DNA of 64,000 bases from an uncultured Acetatifactor sp. (GCA_949840885.1 CATKYJ010000002.1:14115-78114), one strand, 5' to 3'; positions 40,263 to 51,006 are shown, counted from the stretch's first letter. Notes: a model not told the origin generated them from the letters alone. Numbers and translations: made by a program.

Positions 40263-41528
40263 TCAAGGCGTTTTTTCGGATTTCTCCTCCCGGTGGAAAT
40301 ACTTATCCAGCTCTTTCCTGGTGTCCTCCGGCATGCCTTTCTTTACAGGCAAAACTGCAGCATTCGCCACATCCCCGATAATCCGGACTGCGAATTCCAC
40401 ATTTTTGTCCATAGCTTTTTCGCTTAAGGTAGGCAGCAGGTCGTGGATGGTATGTATCTCTGCTGTGGAAGTCCCCCTGCCAAGGCCCAGCGCCGGAATT
40501 TCCTTATCGCAGAAAGGAGCGGAATCGCTGGAGTGAACCCTGGCCTGAATTTCCGCGGAATATCCTGAGAGCTTACAATACTGCTCCACAAATGTCTGCA
40601 GTTCTTTCTCTCCCGTGACGCAGATTCTGTTCCCGCCCAGTGCAGTGCCGCACATGTCAAAATTGAAACAAAAACCTATCTTGTCTAACAGTTCCTCCTG
40701 CTGCTCCACATAAGCCTTTGACCCCAAAAGTCCCAGTTCCTCGCTGCCGCACCAAATAAACCGCAGCGTCCTCCTGGGAGGATTCGCCGCAAAATGCCGG
40801 AAAATCCCTAATAACGCCGCAGAACCGGTGGCATTGTCCCAGGAGCCGGTGCCCACCGGAACGGAATCATAATGGGCTGTGAGCACAATGCTCTCCTCTT
40901 TCAGGTCCGTTCCCTCAATCACGGCCAGCACATTCTGGCTCTCGGGTTCCGTGTCCTCCTGCTCCAGGGTAAGAGATACCTTTTCCACTTCCTCCTGAAT
41001 CAGCCACAGCGCTTCCGCCGCCGGAATCGCAAAGCCGGGAATACGCCCGTTTCTGGTAAAATGCTCCCGCAGTCTCCGGGGATACAGAGAAGCCTCCTCT
41101 TCCGTGTAATAATACTTGCCCTGCATCACCAGGAACGCCGATGCCTTATGTTCCACCAGCCTCTTGTAGCATTTCTCGTTGGTGAGATTATTTAACAGCA
41201 CCACCTTGCCCTCCAGGCTTCCGACTCCGGCGAAGTCAATCTCCGAAGCATCCTCCAGATACACCAATGCGCACTCCCTGTCAATGCAGCCTGACTGCAG
41301 GAAAGGCACACAGGGGATCTCCCGACCTGCCGCCTGCACGGAACATTTCGTCACCTTTGCGTCCGGTATCCGGAATGTCATGTATTCCCCCCGGATGTGC
41401 TCCCGGCCTGCCTCCCGGGCAGCCTGGTTGATCTCCTCCTGAATCAGTTTTGCAGCCTGCTTCTCCTCCTGGCTTCCGCCTATCCGGACGAAGCTCAGTT
41501 CTTTTACCAGATCCATCAGTTTCTTCAT
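40263..41528 (-). CDS. M28-family aminopeptidase (PA domain)
   Basis: TAHYDS, WDNATGS, SEELGLLGS, NFDM, SDSAPF, IHTIHD. Confidence 0.9.
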   Translation of the reverse strand: MKKLMDLVKELSFVRIGGSQEEKQAAKLIQEEINQAAREAGREHIRGEYMTFRIPDAKVTKCSVQAAGREIPCVPFLQSGCIDRECALVYLEDASEIDFAGVGSLEGKVVLLNNLTNEKCYKRLVEHKASAFLVMQGKYYYTEEEASLYPRRLREHFTRNGRIPGFAIPAAEALWLIQEEVEKVSLTLEQEDTEPESQNVLAVIEGTDLKEESIVLTAHYDSVPVGTGSWDNATGSAALLGIFRHFAANPPRRTLRFIWCGSEELGLLGSKAYVEQQEELLDKIGFCFNFDMCGTALGGNRICVTGEKELQTFVEQYCKLSGYSAEIQARVHSSDSAPFCDKEIPALGLGRGTSTAEIHTIHDLLPTLSEKAMDKNVEFAVRIIGDVANAAVLPVKKGMPEDTRKELDKYFHREEKSEKTP

Positions 41529-41567
41529 TTTCTACCTCCTCATATTCCCGTCTGTATGGAAATTCTT

Positions 41568-43064
41568 CTATAGTAACGTATGTTTTCTTTCTATCATTTC
41601 CCCGATTCTCTCGATATATTGGGAAACATCCTTCACATTCTCACACCGCTCGATGAGCCCGTCCGGGTACACCCTTTTGGTAATCGCCCCGGCCCCTAAC
41701 GCCACAATGGTCTGCACTTCCTCCATAATCAAAATATTGTACAATCCGAACTTCCCCTCTTTGGCGTACCCCACATTCTCGAAGTTCCCGGACATGTTCT
41801 TCTGGCGGTAGAGATAGTAAGGCGCCAGCCCCAGGTTCTTTGCACCCTCTGCGGCTATCTGCATGGTTTCATCCGTGTTGTGGAGGACCGGCATTCCGTT
41901 CTCCTGAATCCACCGGTTCAGCATGGAGGCCCGCTTGATGGCCAGGGAATGCACGGTAAGGCTGTCCGGCGCCAGCTCCACCACCCGGTCTATGGTACGC
42001 TGCACGTCTGCCTCCAGTTCCCCCGGCAGCCCCAATATCAAATCCATATTGATATTGTCGAAGCCCACTCTGCGAGCCAGCTCATAGGCGGCCTCCACCT
42101 GCTCTACAGTAGCTTTCCGGCCGATAATGTCCAGGGTCTCCTGCTTCATGGTCTGGGGATTCACGGATATCCTGTCCACCCCGAAATCATGCAGCACCCG
42201 GAGTTTTTCTTCCGTAATGCTGTCCGCCCGGCCCGCCTCCACAGTGAACTCCCTGACGTTGGTAAAGTCGAACAGGGCTTTCAGCCTTGCCAGCAGCCGC
42301 TCTAGTTGCCCTGCCTCCAGAGTGGTAGGCGTACCGCCGCCTATATAGACGCAGTCCAGCCGCCTGTCCCGGTAATGTCCGGACACGAATTCCATTTCTT
42401 TTATGAGGCAGTCTATATAACGTTCTACTTCTTTTCGATATATTCCAATCGGAAAAGAGGTAAAGGAGCAGTAGAGGCAGGTGCTGGGGCAGAACGGAAT
42501 TCCTATATAAAGGCTGTAGCCGGCAGCACCCTGGCCGCACAGGCCGGAGAGCAGCTTCCGCTCTCTTCTGGCGATATCCACCGACAGCTTTGCTTTTTCC
42601 TGGCTGACATAGTATCTCTGCATGTAATGGTCAATGATTTCCTGCTCGCCCACCCCCTGCTCCAGCAGCTGATACGCTATCTTGGTGGGCCGTATCCCGG
42701 TCAGATTCCCCCAGGGAAGTTCCTTGCCTGTCTCCTGGCGCAGGGCGCGGTATAGGAAGCATTTGAATGCATATTTATACGTTTTACCGTCTACTTTCTC
42801 TTCATCTGCCACACCGCCGACAGATTCCGGGATGTCCGCCCCATCCTCTCTCCAGTCCCAGCGATGCTCCTTTCCGTCCACGGACAGCAATGCCCCGTCC
42901 TCACGGAGCTGTACCTTGATGCGCACGCTCCCTCCCAGCTCCTCCCACTTCTCTTCCCTGCACTCCGGGGTCAGCACATACACCTGCTCCTCCGGGTAAA
43001 AGGACCTCACAATGGAATTCACATCATATTCAAAATTCGCCCTGTTCAGCTCCACAACCAGCAT
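41568..43064 (-). CDS. hemZ: Coproporphyrinogen dehydrogenase-like radical SAM protein HemZ
   Basis: PWGNLTGIRPTK, YIGIPFCPSTCLYC, GGGTPT, EAGRAD, PYYLYRQKN; GGAGG RBS at 43064. Confidence 0.92.
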   Translation of the reverse strand: MLVVELNRANFEYDVNSIVRSFYPEEQVYVLTPECREEKWEELGGSVRIKVQLREDGALLSVDGKEHRWDWREDGADIPESVGGVADEEKVDGKTYKYAFKCFLYRALRQETGKELPWGNLTGIRPTKIAYQLLEQGVGEQEIIDHYMQRYYVSQEKAKLSVDIARRERKLLSGLCGQGAAGYSLYIGIPFCPSTCLYCSFTSFPIGIYRKEVERYIDCLIKEMEFVSGHYRDRRLDCVYIGGGTPTTLEAGQLERLLARLKALFDFTNVREFTVEAGRADSITEEKLRVLHDFGVDRISVNPQTMKQETLDIIGRKATVEQVEAAYELARRVGFDNINMDLILGLPGELEADVQRTIDRVVELAPDSLTVHSLAIKRASMLNRWIQENGMPVLHNTDETMQIAAEGAKNLGLAPYYLYRQKNMSGNFENVGYAKEGKFGLYNILIMEEVQTIVALGAGAITKRVYPDGLIERCENVKDVSQYIERIGEMIERKHTLL

Positions 43065-43414
43065 TTTCTGTCTCCTCCGGAATGCTTCTGTTCTATCGGA
43101 TTTATTTGTCCAAAGCCTTTGAATTCCTAATCCTGAATTCCAGCTGCATGGTTTCTTTTCCGCAAAGCAGTTTATCTCACGTTCATCGCCCTCCGGATAG
43201 CACGCAAATCCGATTTTGCGCATGGCATAATCCAAGCATTTGATTTTCAATCAGAAACATATTTTTACCTCTATTCCCAAAAGGCGGTTCCCAGATTTCC
43301 GGCCATGGGGCATCTGATGCAAAATGCACATCGCCCCTGCCAAAACCTGACCACCGCCCTGCCTGTGCGGCCTCGCCGCCCTTAGCCTCCGCCCCGGAAC
43401 CCGTTTCTGCCCTC

Positions 43415-44077
43415 TTATACGCAGAACGGATTATTTTTCTTCTCATATCCGATAGTAGTGCTCTCCCCATGCCCGGAGTACACCCTTGTCTCATCCGGCA
43501 GCACGAAAAGCTTCTCCTTGACGGAGCGCACCAGCGTGCCCATGCTGCCCGTAGGAAAGTCCGTCCGCCCCACAGATTCCGCGAACAAGGTATCCCCGCT
43601 GACCAGAATGCCCGCCTCTTCAAAATAATAGCAGCACCCTCCCGCCGTATGTCCGGGCGTAGCAATCACCTTACAGGTCATGCCCGCCAGCGAAATCTCC
43701 TCCCCATCTTTCACATAAACATCCGCATAAGTAGAACAAGCCCTGCCCGCCTGCTCCGAAACGTTCAGCCCTGGATTCTTCAAAAGCTCCCGCTCCGCCT
43801 CACAAGCATATGCTTTCACAGGCTCTTGTCCCTCTGCCTCAGTCGCCGCATTCGCCGCATCCCGCAAAGCATCCAGCCCCCAGATATGATCGAAATGCCC
43901 ATGAGTCAGCACAATCCCCACTACCCGGAACCCATTCTTGCACAAAGCGGCATAAATATTAGCCCCCTTGTCCGCCGGATCCACTACAATAGCGTCCTGC
44001 TCCCCCTCACGATACAGAAAATAGCAATTGGTCTGGCAAACCCCCAGCACCATCCGCCCTATCTTAATCTCACCCAT
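43415..44077 (-). CDS. MBL-fold metallo-hydrolase (glyoxalase II-like)
   Basis: THGHFDH, TPGHT, SGDTLF, GRTDF, GHG. Confidence 0.92.
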   Translation of the reverse strand: MGEIKIGRMVLGVCQTNCYFLYREGEQDAIVVDPADKGANIYAALCKNGFRVVGIVLTHGHFDHIWGLDALRDAANAATEAEGQEPVKAYACEAERELLKNPGLNVSEQAGRACSTYADVYVKDGEEISLAGMTCKVIATPGHTAGGCCYYFEEAGILVSGDTLFAESVGRTDFPTGSMGTLVRSVKEKLFVLPDETRVYSGHGESTTIGYEKKNNPFCV

Positions 44078-44114
44078 CTCATTTCCCCTCCCCAAAATCT
44101 CTGTTAACAAAAAA

Positions 44115-46418
44115 TCAGCCCGTGGCCCTCTCAATGTCCACCACGCTCTCAATCCCCCGGATCTTGTCAATGACCCGGTTCAGCTCCTCCTTGCTCTCCA
44201 CCTCAAAAGAAATCTGTATGGTGGCCAGGCCCTGTCTGCTGATCCTGGTATTCAGGGAAAGGATGCTGATGTTCTTTTCCGTCAGGGCCTTGGTGACATC
44301 CGCCAGAAGCCCGTTGCGGTTGTTGGCGTAGATGTCGATCTCCGCCACATATTTCTCCGTGGCGTCCTCGGGCGCCTGCCACTCCGCATCAATGATCCTG
44401 GCCCGCTCCATCTCCGGCAGGTTCATCATGTTCACGCAGTCCGTGCGGTGGATGGAGATGCCCCGCCCTCTGGTGACAAAGCCCACGATCTCGTCCCCGG
44501 GCACCGGGGAACAGCACTTGGAGAAGCGCACCGACAAATCCGCGATGCCCCGCACCACGATGCCGCTCTTGGCCTTGATGGTTGCAGGCTTTGCAGCGGA
44601 TAGGGCTCCGCTCTCCGCGATGCTGGCCAGGACTTCCTCATTGGTCAGCTCCCTCTTGTGCTCCCTGTCATAGAGATCCTGCATCTTATTGACCACCTGG
44701 CCCTCTTTCAGGGCTCCATGGCCGATGGCAGCCAGCACGGAATCCCAGTCCCGGAACCCGTATTTTCGCATGACCGCATTCATATAGTCGGTTTTCAGTA
44801 AATCGGACAGAACCACTCCCCTGGCCTTGCAGTAACCGGACAGCAGGTCTTTGCCCTTTACAATATTGTCTTCTTTTAGTTCGTTTTTGAACCATTGATT
44901 GATCTTGTTCTTGGCCTGGGTGCTCTTCACTACGTTCAGCCAGTCCCGGCTGGGGCCCTTGGAGTTCTGGGATGTGATGATCTCGATCCGGTCGCCGTTC
45001 TTGATCTCGTAATCAATGGTTACCAGCTTGTCGTTGACCCTGGCGCCCACCATCCGGTTGCCCACCGCGGAGTGTATGCTGTAGGCGAAATCAATGGTGG
45101 TGGAGCCCGCAGGGAGGTTCTTTACCTCGCCGGTGGGCGTAAAGCAGTAGACATTGTCGGAGAACAGATCCAGATCGTTCTTTAGAAGCTTCATGAATTC
45201 CCGGTTGTCCGACATGTCCCGCTGCCATTCCAGAATCTGGCGCAGCCACACCAGCTTCTCCTCCTCCTGGGCAGCCACCTTCTTGCCGTCCGAGGCCTCC
45301 TTGTACTTCCAGTGGGCAGCAATGCCGTACTCGGCCGCCTTGTGCATCTCAAAGGTACGGATCTGTATCTCAAAAGGCTGGCCGGAGCTGCCGATGAGGG
45401 TGGTGTGCAGGGACTGGTACATGTTGGCTTTCGGCATGGCGATATAGTCCTTGAACCGCCCCGGGATGGGCTTATACATCTCATGGATGACCCCAAGAGC
45501 CGCATAACAGTCCCTGACGCTGTCCACGATAATGCGCACCGCAAACAGATCGTATATCTGATCCAGGGTCTTGTCCTGATTCTTCATTTTTTTGTAAATG
45601 CTGAAAAAATGCTTCACCCGGCCATCAATCTTGGCTTTGATGCCCGCATTGCTGATATGCTCGCTGACTTCGTCCACGATGCTCTGGATATACTTCTCCC
45701 GCACGCTCTTGCGCACGGAAATTTTGTCTACAAGATCGTAATATACATCCGGCTCCAAATACTTTAAGGACAGATCGTCCAGTTCGATCTTCACCTTGCT
45801 GATGCCCAGCCGCTGGGCGATGGGACAGTAGATCTCCAGAGTCTCCTTTGCGATGCGCTGTCTGCTCTCCGGCTTCTTGTACTGGAGGGTGCGCATGTTG
45901 TGGAGACGGTCTGCCAGCTTGATCAGGATCACGCGGATGTCCTTTGCCATGGCCAGGAACATCTTCCGCAGGTTCTCCGCCTGCATCTCCAGCTTCTCGT
46001 CCGGCTGGTCGGCTCCGGCGGACAGAGGAATCTTCTCCAGTTTCGTAACGCCGTCCACCAACAGCGCCACATCGTCCCCGAATTCCCGCTTCAGATCTTC
46101 CTCCGTCATGACAGTGTCCTCCACCACGTCATGGAGGAGCCCTGCCACAATGGTCTCCTTATCCAGTTCCAGCTCCGCCAGAATGATAGCCACATTAAGA
46201 GGATGAATGATATAGGGTTCCCCTGACTTGCGCATCTGATCCTTATGTGCCTCTGCCGCAACCCGGTAAGCTTTCTGAATCATGGAAATGTCATCGCTTG
46301 GGTGGTATTTTTGGACGCGCTGAACCAACTCCTGATACAGGTCATCAGGATTCACGAATTCATGATACTCGCTCATCTTCCCATCGTCAAAAAAATCATC
46401 AAGTTTCTCTTCAGCCAT
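44115..46418 (-). CDS. relA: Bifunctional (p)ppGpp synthetase/hydrolase (RelA/SpoT)
   Basis: RKSGEPYIIHP, LHDVVED, KLADRLHN, YQSLHT, EIQIRT, TGS and ACT domains. Confidence 0.96.
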   Translation of the reverse strand: MAEEKLDDFFDDGKMSEYHEFVNPDDLYQELVQRVQKYHPSDDISMIQKAYRVAAEAHKDQMRKSGEPYIIHPLNVAIILAELELDKETIVAGLLHDVVEDTVMTEEDLKREFGDDVALLVDGVTKLEKIPLSAGADQPDEKLEMQAENLRKMFLAMAKDIRVILIKLADRLHNMRTLQYKKPESRQRIAKETLEIYCPIAQRLGISKVKIELDDLSLKYLEPDVYYDLVDKISVRKSVREKYIQSIVDEVSEHISNAGIKAKIDGRVKHFFSIYKKMKNQDKTLDQIYDLFAVRIIVDSVRDCYAALGVIHEMYKPIPGRFKDYIAMPKANMYQSLHTTLIGSSGQPFEIQIRTFEMHKAAEYGIAAHWKYKEASDGKKVAAQEEEKLVWLRQILEWQRDMSDNREFMKLLKNDLDLFSDNVYCFTPTGEVKNLPAGSTTIDFAYSIHSAVGNRMVGARVNDKLVTIDYEIKNGDRIEIITSQNSKGPSRDWLNVVKSTQAKNKINQWFKNELKEDNIVKGKDLLSGYCKARGVVLSDLLKTDYMNAVMRKYGFRDWDSVLAAIGHGALKEGQVVNKMQDLYDREHKRELTNEEVLASIAESGALSAAKPATIKAKSGIVVRGIADLSVRFSKCCSPVPGDEIVGFVTRGRGISIHRTDCVNMMNLPEMERARIIDAEWQAPEDATEKYVAEIDIYANNRNGLLADVTKALTEKNISILSLNTRISRQGLATIQISFEVESKEELNRVIDKIRGIESVVDIERATG

Positions 46419-46504
46419 AGATGCCCACGCTTTCTGCCATGTCTTCCGCCCAAATCCGACACAATTCTATCTCTTCTCCCCAAGCCTGCGCTTTTGTGGT
46501 TCAC

Positions 46505-47029
46505 TTATTTACCAGGATAATGGATAGCCGAATCCAGGCGGTATCCCGCGATCTTCTCCCGGCCTTTTAAGCCTGCCAGCTCCATCAGCACAACGACTCC
46601 CACTACCTGGCCGCCAAGGCTCTCCACCAACTTGATCATTGCCTCCGTGGTACCGCCCGTGGCGATCAGGTCGTCCACGATCAGAACCCTCTGCCCCGGT
46701 CTGATGCTGTCCTTGTGCATCTCAATGGTGGCCTGGCCGTATTCCAGGTCATAGGAGACGGAGACAGTCTCTCTCGGAAGCTTGCCGGCCTTGCGGATCA
46801 GCACAAAGGGCTTTTTATTATTATAGGCTATAGGGGTTCCAAATATAAATCCCCTGGACTCAGGCCCGGCCACCACATCGTACTCCAGATCCTTTACCAA
46901 ATCCTGCATGGTGTCCACTGCCAGCTGCAGCCCCTCCGCGTCCTGAAGGACGCTGGTCACATCGCGGAAAATGATTCCCTCCTCCGGAAAATCAGGTATG
47001 CTTACCACATATTCCTCCAGCTTCTTCAT
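46505..47029 (-). CDS. apt: Adenine phosphoribosyltransferase
   Basis: IPDFP, ESRGF, LEYG, VDDLIATGGT. Confidence 0.96.
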   Translation of the reverse strand: MKKLEEYVVSIPDFPEEGIIFRDVTSVLQDAEGLQLAVDTMQDLVKDLEYDVVAGPESRGFIFGTPIAYNNKKPFVLIRKAGKLPRETVSVSYDLEYGQATIEMHKDSIRPGQRVLIVDDLIATGGTTEAMIKLVESLGGQVVGVVVLMELAGLKGREKIAGYRLDSAIHYPGK

Positions 47030-47081
47030 CTTCGTCTACCTCTCTTCCATGTATCTTTTTGTATCTCTCCAAACCGGCCTC

Positions 47082-47549
47082 TCATCCCCTCGCCGCGGGT
47101 GCGCCGGCTTTCTTCTCCTTTTTGTCTTCCAACCGGAAATTCGTCTTGTCCACAAAGTACTTGATGATGTCGCTGCGGGTGACGATCCCGATGAATACGT
47201 TCCTATCATCGATAACCGGCACGAAATTCTGGTTCTTCGCCCGCTCTAGCAGGTTCTCCATGGGGGTATCGATGCAGGCAGGTTTTACCTTGCCGCTCTG
47301 CAGAAAGTCCCGCACACATGCATGCTCTAAATTCTTTAATGTAATATTTTCCAGGCTCTGGTTATATGCCAGTATGTTCCAGAGAAAATCTGCCACGCCC
47401 ACAACGCCCACATACCGGTCTTCCATGTCGATGACAGGTATGGCGGAAAAGCCGCTCCTGCGCAGCTTTTCCAGCCCCTGGCGCAGCGTCATGTCATCCC
47501 GCAGATAAGCCACCTCTGCCTTGGGCAGTAAAAAGGATGCTATATTCAT
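47082..47549 (-). CDS. CBS domain protein
   Basis: Two CBS motifs (SAIPVID...YVG; NFVPVID...FIGIVTRSD). Confidence 0.88.
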   Translation of the reverse strand: MNIASFLLPKAEVAYLRDDMTLRQGLEKLRRSGFSAIPVIDMEDRYVGVVGVADFLWNILAYNQSLENITLKNLEHACVRDFLQSGKVKPACIDTPMENLLERAKNQNFVPVIDDRNVFIGIVTRSDIIKYFVDKTNFRLEDKKEKKAGAPAARG

Positions 47550-47629
47550 TGTCCCATTCCTTCCCTGTTTCCGCGCACAGTCAGAGCCGCGATTTCCGCA
47601 GGCTCCGATCTCCCGGGCTTTTGAGGTTT

Positions 47630-48241
47630 TCAGTTTTTCGGTTCATCCGGTTCCACCACCTCTGCAAAAGTGCTGTCCACCGCGTTCAGTTCATCGAAAT
47701 ACCCTTTCGCTTTCTTTGCCAGGTAAAAGCAGGTGATACAATCCGTAATGCCGCTGAAGATCAGCCCTGCGCCCACCAGCTGCAGAAAGAACAGCGCGGC
47801 ATTCAGAGAGTTGAAGATGAGCGCCACTCCCACCACCACGTTGATTGCTGCCAAAATCAATACTGTCACCCAGTTGCCATAGCCCAGACGCTTCATGTCG
47901 ATCACGTCCTGGAGCTTGCGGCAGCCGCTGGCTACCACCAAAATCCCCAGTATCACCGGCACCAGCGAAATGATCCACTCCACCTTGTAGAGGAAAAGGA
48001 TTCCCACCGCTATGCTCACCAGCCCGTATCCAAAGTCGTTTCGGTAGTAATTCTGGCTGGCCTCCCGCAGCAGATAGCAGATCATAGACACAGCCCCCGC
48101 CACGATCAGCAGGATGCCGATCAGGTATCCAAGGGTCTTTACCATGGTATCCGGAATCACCAGCGCCACGATTCCCAGCACAATATACAGCGCAGACGAC
48201 AAAAGTGTCTCCCATTTCATCTGTTTCAAGAGTTTTTTCAT
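47630..48241 (-). CDS. HdeD/DUF308-family membrane protein
   Basis: About six TM segments with repeated GI..L pattern; GGAGG RBS. Confidence 0.75.
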   Translation of the reverse strand: MKKLLKQMKWETLLSSALYIVLGIVALVIPDTMVKTLGYLIGILLIVAGAVSMICYLLREASQNYYRNDFGYGLVSIAVGILFLYKVEWIISLVPVILGILVVASGCRKLQDVIDMKRLGYGNWVTVLILAAINVVVGVALIFNSLNAALFFLQLVGAGLIFSGITDCITCFYLAKKAKGYFDELNAVDSTFAEVVEPDEPKN

Positions 48242-48309
48242 GTCTGCCAACCTCCCCATCCAGAATATGCCCTAAAATACCATTCTTCCATGGAATGCCG
48301 TTCTTCCAT

Positions 48310-48813
48310 TTATTTCCTGCCGCAGCACTTCTTATATTTCTTGCCGCTTCCGCAGGGGCAGGGATCATTGGGATATACCTTTGCATCCTTTACGATGGTG
48401 GTGGAGGATTTCTGCTCCTTGTAGAGGGCCTTTCTGGTCTCCTCATCGAAGATGTCGTTCCACTCCTCCAGATTATAAAGCCAGTCGGCCTCTGCTGCCA
48501 CCATGTTCTTATAGAGCAGAGCCGTATCGAACCCCAGGTTCACCACCGTGTCCTCTTCCATCTCCTCAATTGGGTTGGGCTCTTTTAAACTGTCGTTTAT
48601 GCCGTCCAGAAAGCCTGTCATGGTCTTCACGGACACCTGATATTTATCCGCCAGTTCCCGCACCGTGCCCTGCACCACTTCCTCCGGGTTCTTCAAAAGC
48701 TGGGCATAGATGTCTTTCTCTTCCTGAAAATATGCGGCCCAGAGCTTCTGCAGCTTGTCCTGTCCCACGGACTCGTTATATGCCTCTTCTCTCCATTTTT
48801 CCAATAATGCCAT
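48310..48813 (-). CDS. SEC-C metal-binding domain protein
   Basis: C-terminal [16 protein letters not shown]. Confidence 0.9.
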   Translation of the reverse strand: MALLEKWREEAYNESVGQDKLQKLWAAYFQEEKDIYAQLLKNPEEVVQGTVRELADKYQVSVKTMTGFLDGINDSLKEPNPIEEMEEDTVVNLGFDTALLYKNMVAAEADWLYNLEEWNDIFDEETRKALYKEQKSSTTIVKDAKVYPNDPCPCGSGKKYKKCCGRK

Positions 48814-49060
48814 ATCTACCACCTTTTTCAATTCCACCGGACTCTTGCCGGCTGTATTTTACCGGACGTTCCCAAAGGTACGCCACATGTACCAGTATAT
48901 AACAGATTATCCTTTTAGACAATAAAAATATTTTCAAAAATTTTCACTGACAGGTATAAAAGCCAGGTTTGTGTCCAAACTATTGAATGTCAAGGAACCC
49001 CCTCCTTTGATACTGATCCCGGGACCTGCTTCCCTGCAGGCCCGGGATTATTGTGTTATA

Positions 49061-50788
49061 CTACAGCCGTATGGGCAGCCGCACCTCCGCCACGGCACCG
49101 AAATTCTCGTCCATGTTGAAAAAAATGATGGAAGCCTCACTGCCGTACAGCAGGCGCAGCCGCTTCCCGATATTCTGCAGTCCCACATGTCTGCGCCCAT
49201 TGTATACGATTGGCTCGTCCTTTTCGATAGCCTCCAGAATCTGCGGGGAGAAGCCCTGTCCCGTATCCGACACGCAGATATAGAGGTTCTCCCTCTCCCC
49301 CTGGCGCTCCCTGGTGATATACAGCGTGACCTCCACGGCTCCGTCCAGCGTGACACCATGGACGATGGCGTTCTCCACCAGAATCTGCAGCAGCAGGAAA
49401 GGCACTTTCATGTCGTCCAACTCCCCGTCCTGGATGACCTCGAAGCGAAAGGACTCCTCCCCGTAGCGCAGTTTCTGAATATCCACATAAGATCTGATAT
49501 AGGCCAGTTCCTCAGAAATCAGCCGTTCTTTTTGGCCGCTGCTTAAGAACGTGTGCCGAATATACTCCGAAAGCCGCTCCGACATCCCCACAATCTCCGG
49601 CACCCCTCGCCTGTCCGCCATACCGTGGATAACGCTTAGACAGTTGATGAAGAAATGGGGCTTCATCTGCTCCTGCATGAACTCCAGCTCCACCTGCTGC
49701 TCCCTCAATTCCTTTTCATAGACCGCGATCCGCAGGGACTGTATCTTCCCCAGAAGCTCCCGAAACTTCCCGTTCACGGACTGCAGTTCCAGCAGACGGC
49801 TGTCCCCGCTGCCATCCAGATACTGTCCCTCCTCCAGATTCTCCAGTCCCTCCACCAGATTCTTCATGGGTTCTACGATTCTTCTGTAATACATTCTCAT
49901 GATAACGGCGCACAGCAAAAGCAGTGCGGCCACCATGGTCAGCAATACCAGCTGCATGTTCCGGATATTGTCCGTGATTCCGCCTCCCGGCACGATATGC
50001 AGGTACAGCTTCCCGATGGTGCCCAGCCGGAACTCATAGAGCGTCTTCTTTCCCTGACGGAAAATCTTATCATATTCTTCCTCCGACATGGCCGGGAACA
50101 ATACATTGCCGTCCGCCACCTCCAAAAAGGGAACTACCGCGTATTTCTCCACCGCTTTTCGCAGTTGCTCAAAGACCGTATCCAGCTTGACCGCGCAGCC
50201 CACGGCCTTTCCTTTCTTCATGCAGTATCCCACCGCATAGGATTCCCCCTCCACCTCCATCAGGATCCAGTCCGTGTACTTGGAGTCCGTGCGTTCGTCT
50301 GCTTCCAGCAGATCCATCAGCTGTCTGTTGATGGGAATCTTCACCGGGCTGCTCCGGAACACCACTCCCGTATCCGTAATCAAAAGCCCCGGTTCCCTTG
50401 CATAGGTAAAAAAGAACTGTACCTCGCCGTAACGCAGCTTCATCAGCATCATCTTGTCCCGGAGCCTGGTCAGCAGTTCATAATGCGCCCCATCCCTGGG
50501 CCCGATCTCTCCCACCAGAGCTTCCACGTCAAAATCTTTTCCGGCCACATGGAACACTTCGCTGTTGATCTGGCTGATGTCCCTGTTAATCTGATCCACA
50601 TACAGCCTAGCCGTATCTGCAATATACCTGTCAACGGATTTCTGGTTCTCCACGATTCCCCACACATAGCAGGCCAGCACACCCGTCAGGGCCGCCCCGA
50701 TCAGGGCTAAGAGACGTACCGTGACTTTCGTCAGGCTCTCCGCTTTCCGCTCCCGGCTCTCCGTACCTCTGCTGTGTCCCCACTTCAT
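49061..50788 (-). CDS. Sensor histidine kinase (YesM/LytS-like)
   Basis: Two TM segments, QMKPHFFINCL, QILVENAIVHG, DTGQGF, VGLQNI; GGAGGG RBS before ATG 50788. Confidence 0.9.
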   Translation of the reverse strand: MKWGHSRGTESRERKAESLTKVTVRLLALIGAALTGVLACYVWGIVENQKSVDRYIADTARLYVDQINRDISQINSEVFHVAGKDFDVEALVGEIGPRDGAHYELLTRLRDKMMLMKLRYGEVQFFFTYAREPGLLITDTGVVFRSSPVKIPINRQLMDLLEADERTDSKYTDWILMEVEGESYAVGYCMKKGKAVGCAVKLDTVFEQLRKAVEKYAVVPFLEVADGNVLFPAMSEEEYDKIFRQGKKTLYEFRLGTIGKLYLHIVPGGGITDNIRNMQLVLLTMVAALLLLCAVIMRMYYRRIVEPMKNLVEGLENLEEGQYLDGSGDSRLLELQSVNGKFRELLGKIQSLRIAVYEKELREQQVELEFMQEQMKPHFFINCLSVIHGMADRRGVPEIVGMSERLSEYIRHTFLSSGQKERLISEELAYIRSYVDIQKLRYGEESFRFEVIQDGELDDMKVPFLLLQILVENAIVHGVTLDGAVEVTLYITRERQGERENLYICVSDTGQGFSPQILEAIEKDEPIVYNGRRHVGLQNIGKRLRLLYGSEASIIFFNMDENFGAVAEVRLPIRL

Positions 50789-50806
50789 TCCGCGCCCTCC
50801 CCTCTC

Positions 50807-50908
50807 CCTGGTTCCTGGTTCCTGGTTCCTGGTTCCTGGTTCCTGGTTCCTGGTTCCTGGTTCCTGGTTCCTGGTTCCTGGTTCCTGGTTCCTGGTTCCT
50901 GGTTCCTG
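50807..50908. repeat. Perfect heptanucleotide SSR (CCTGGTT)14 + CCTG
   Basis: 14 exact copies 50807-50904 plus a partial unit; one more copy near 50933. Confidence 0.97.
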
Positions 50909-50949
50909 AGAATATTCTACCATATACTGTCCCCTGGTTTCCATACATC

Positions 50950-50991
50950 AAAAAGCGGCAGGGGCCTCTCAATCCAGCCAATCCCTGCCGC
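50950..50991 (-). terminator. Intrinsic terminator after solute-binding protein gene
   Basis: GCGGCAGGG...CCCTGCCGC followed by TTTTT on minus strand. Confidence 0.75.
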
Positions 50992-51006
50992 CAATGTCCT
51001 ATATTC

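Noticed and set aside
43065..43414. N-terminal extension of hemZ or separate ORF in the MBL-hemZ gap
   Set aside because: A strong GGAGG RBS defines ATG 43064; the upstream translation shows no recognisable features
50807..50944. QEPGTRN protein repeat / CRISPR-like array
   Set aside because: It is the translation of a 7-bp SSR with no spacers; the kinase has a good RBS at ATG 50788, downstream of the repeat
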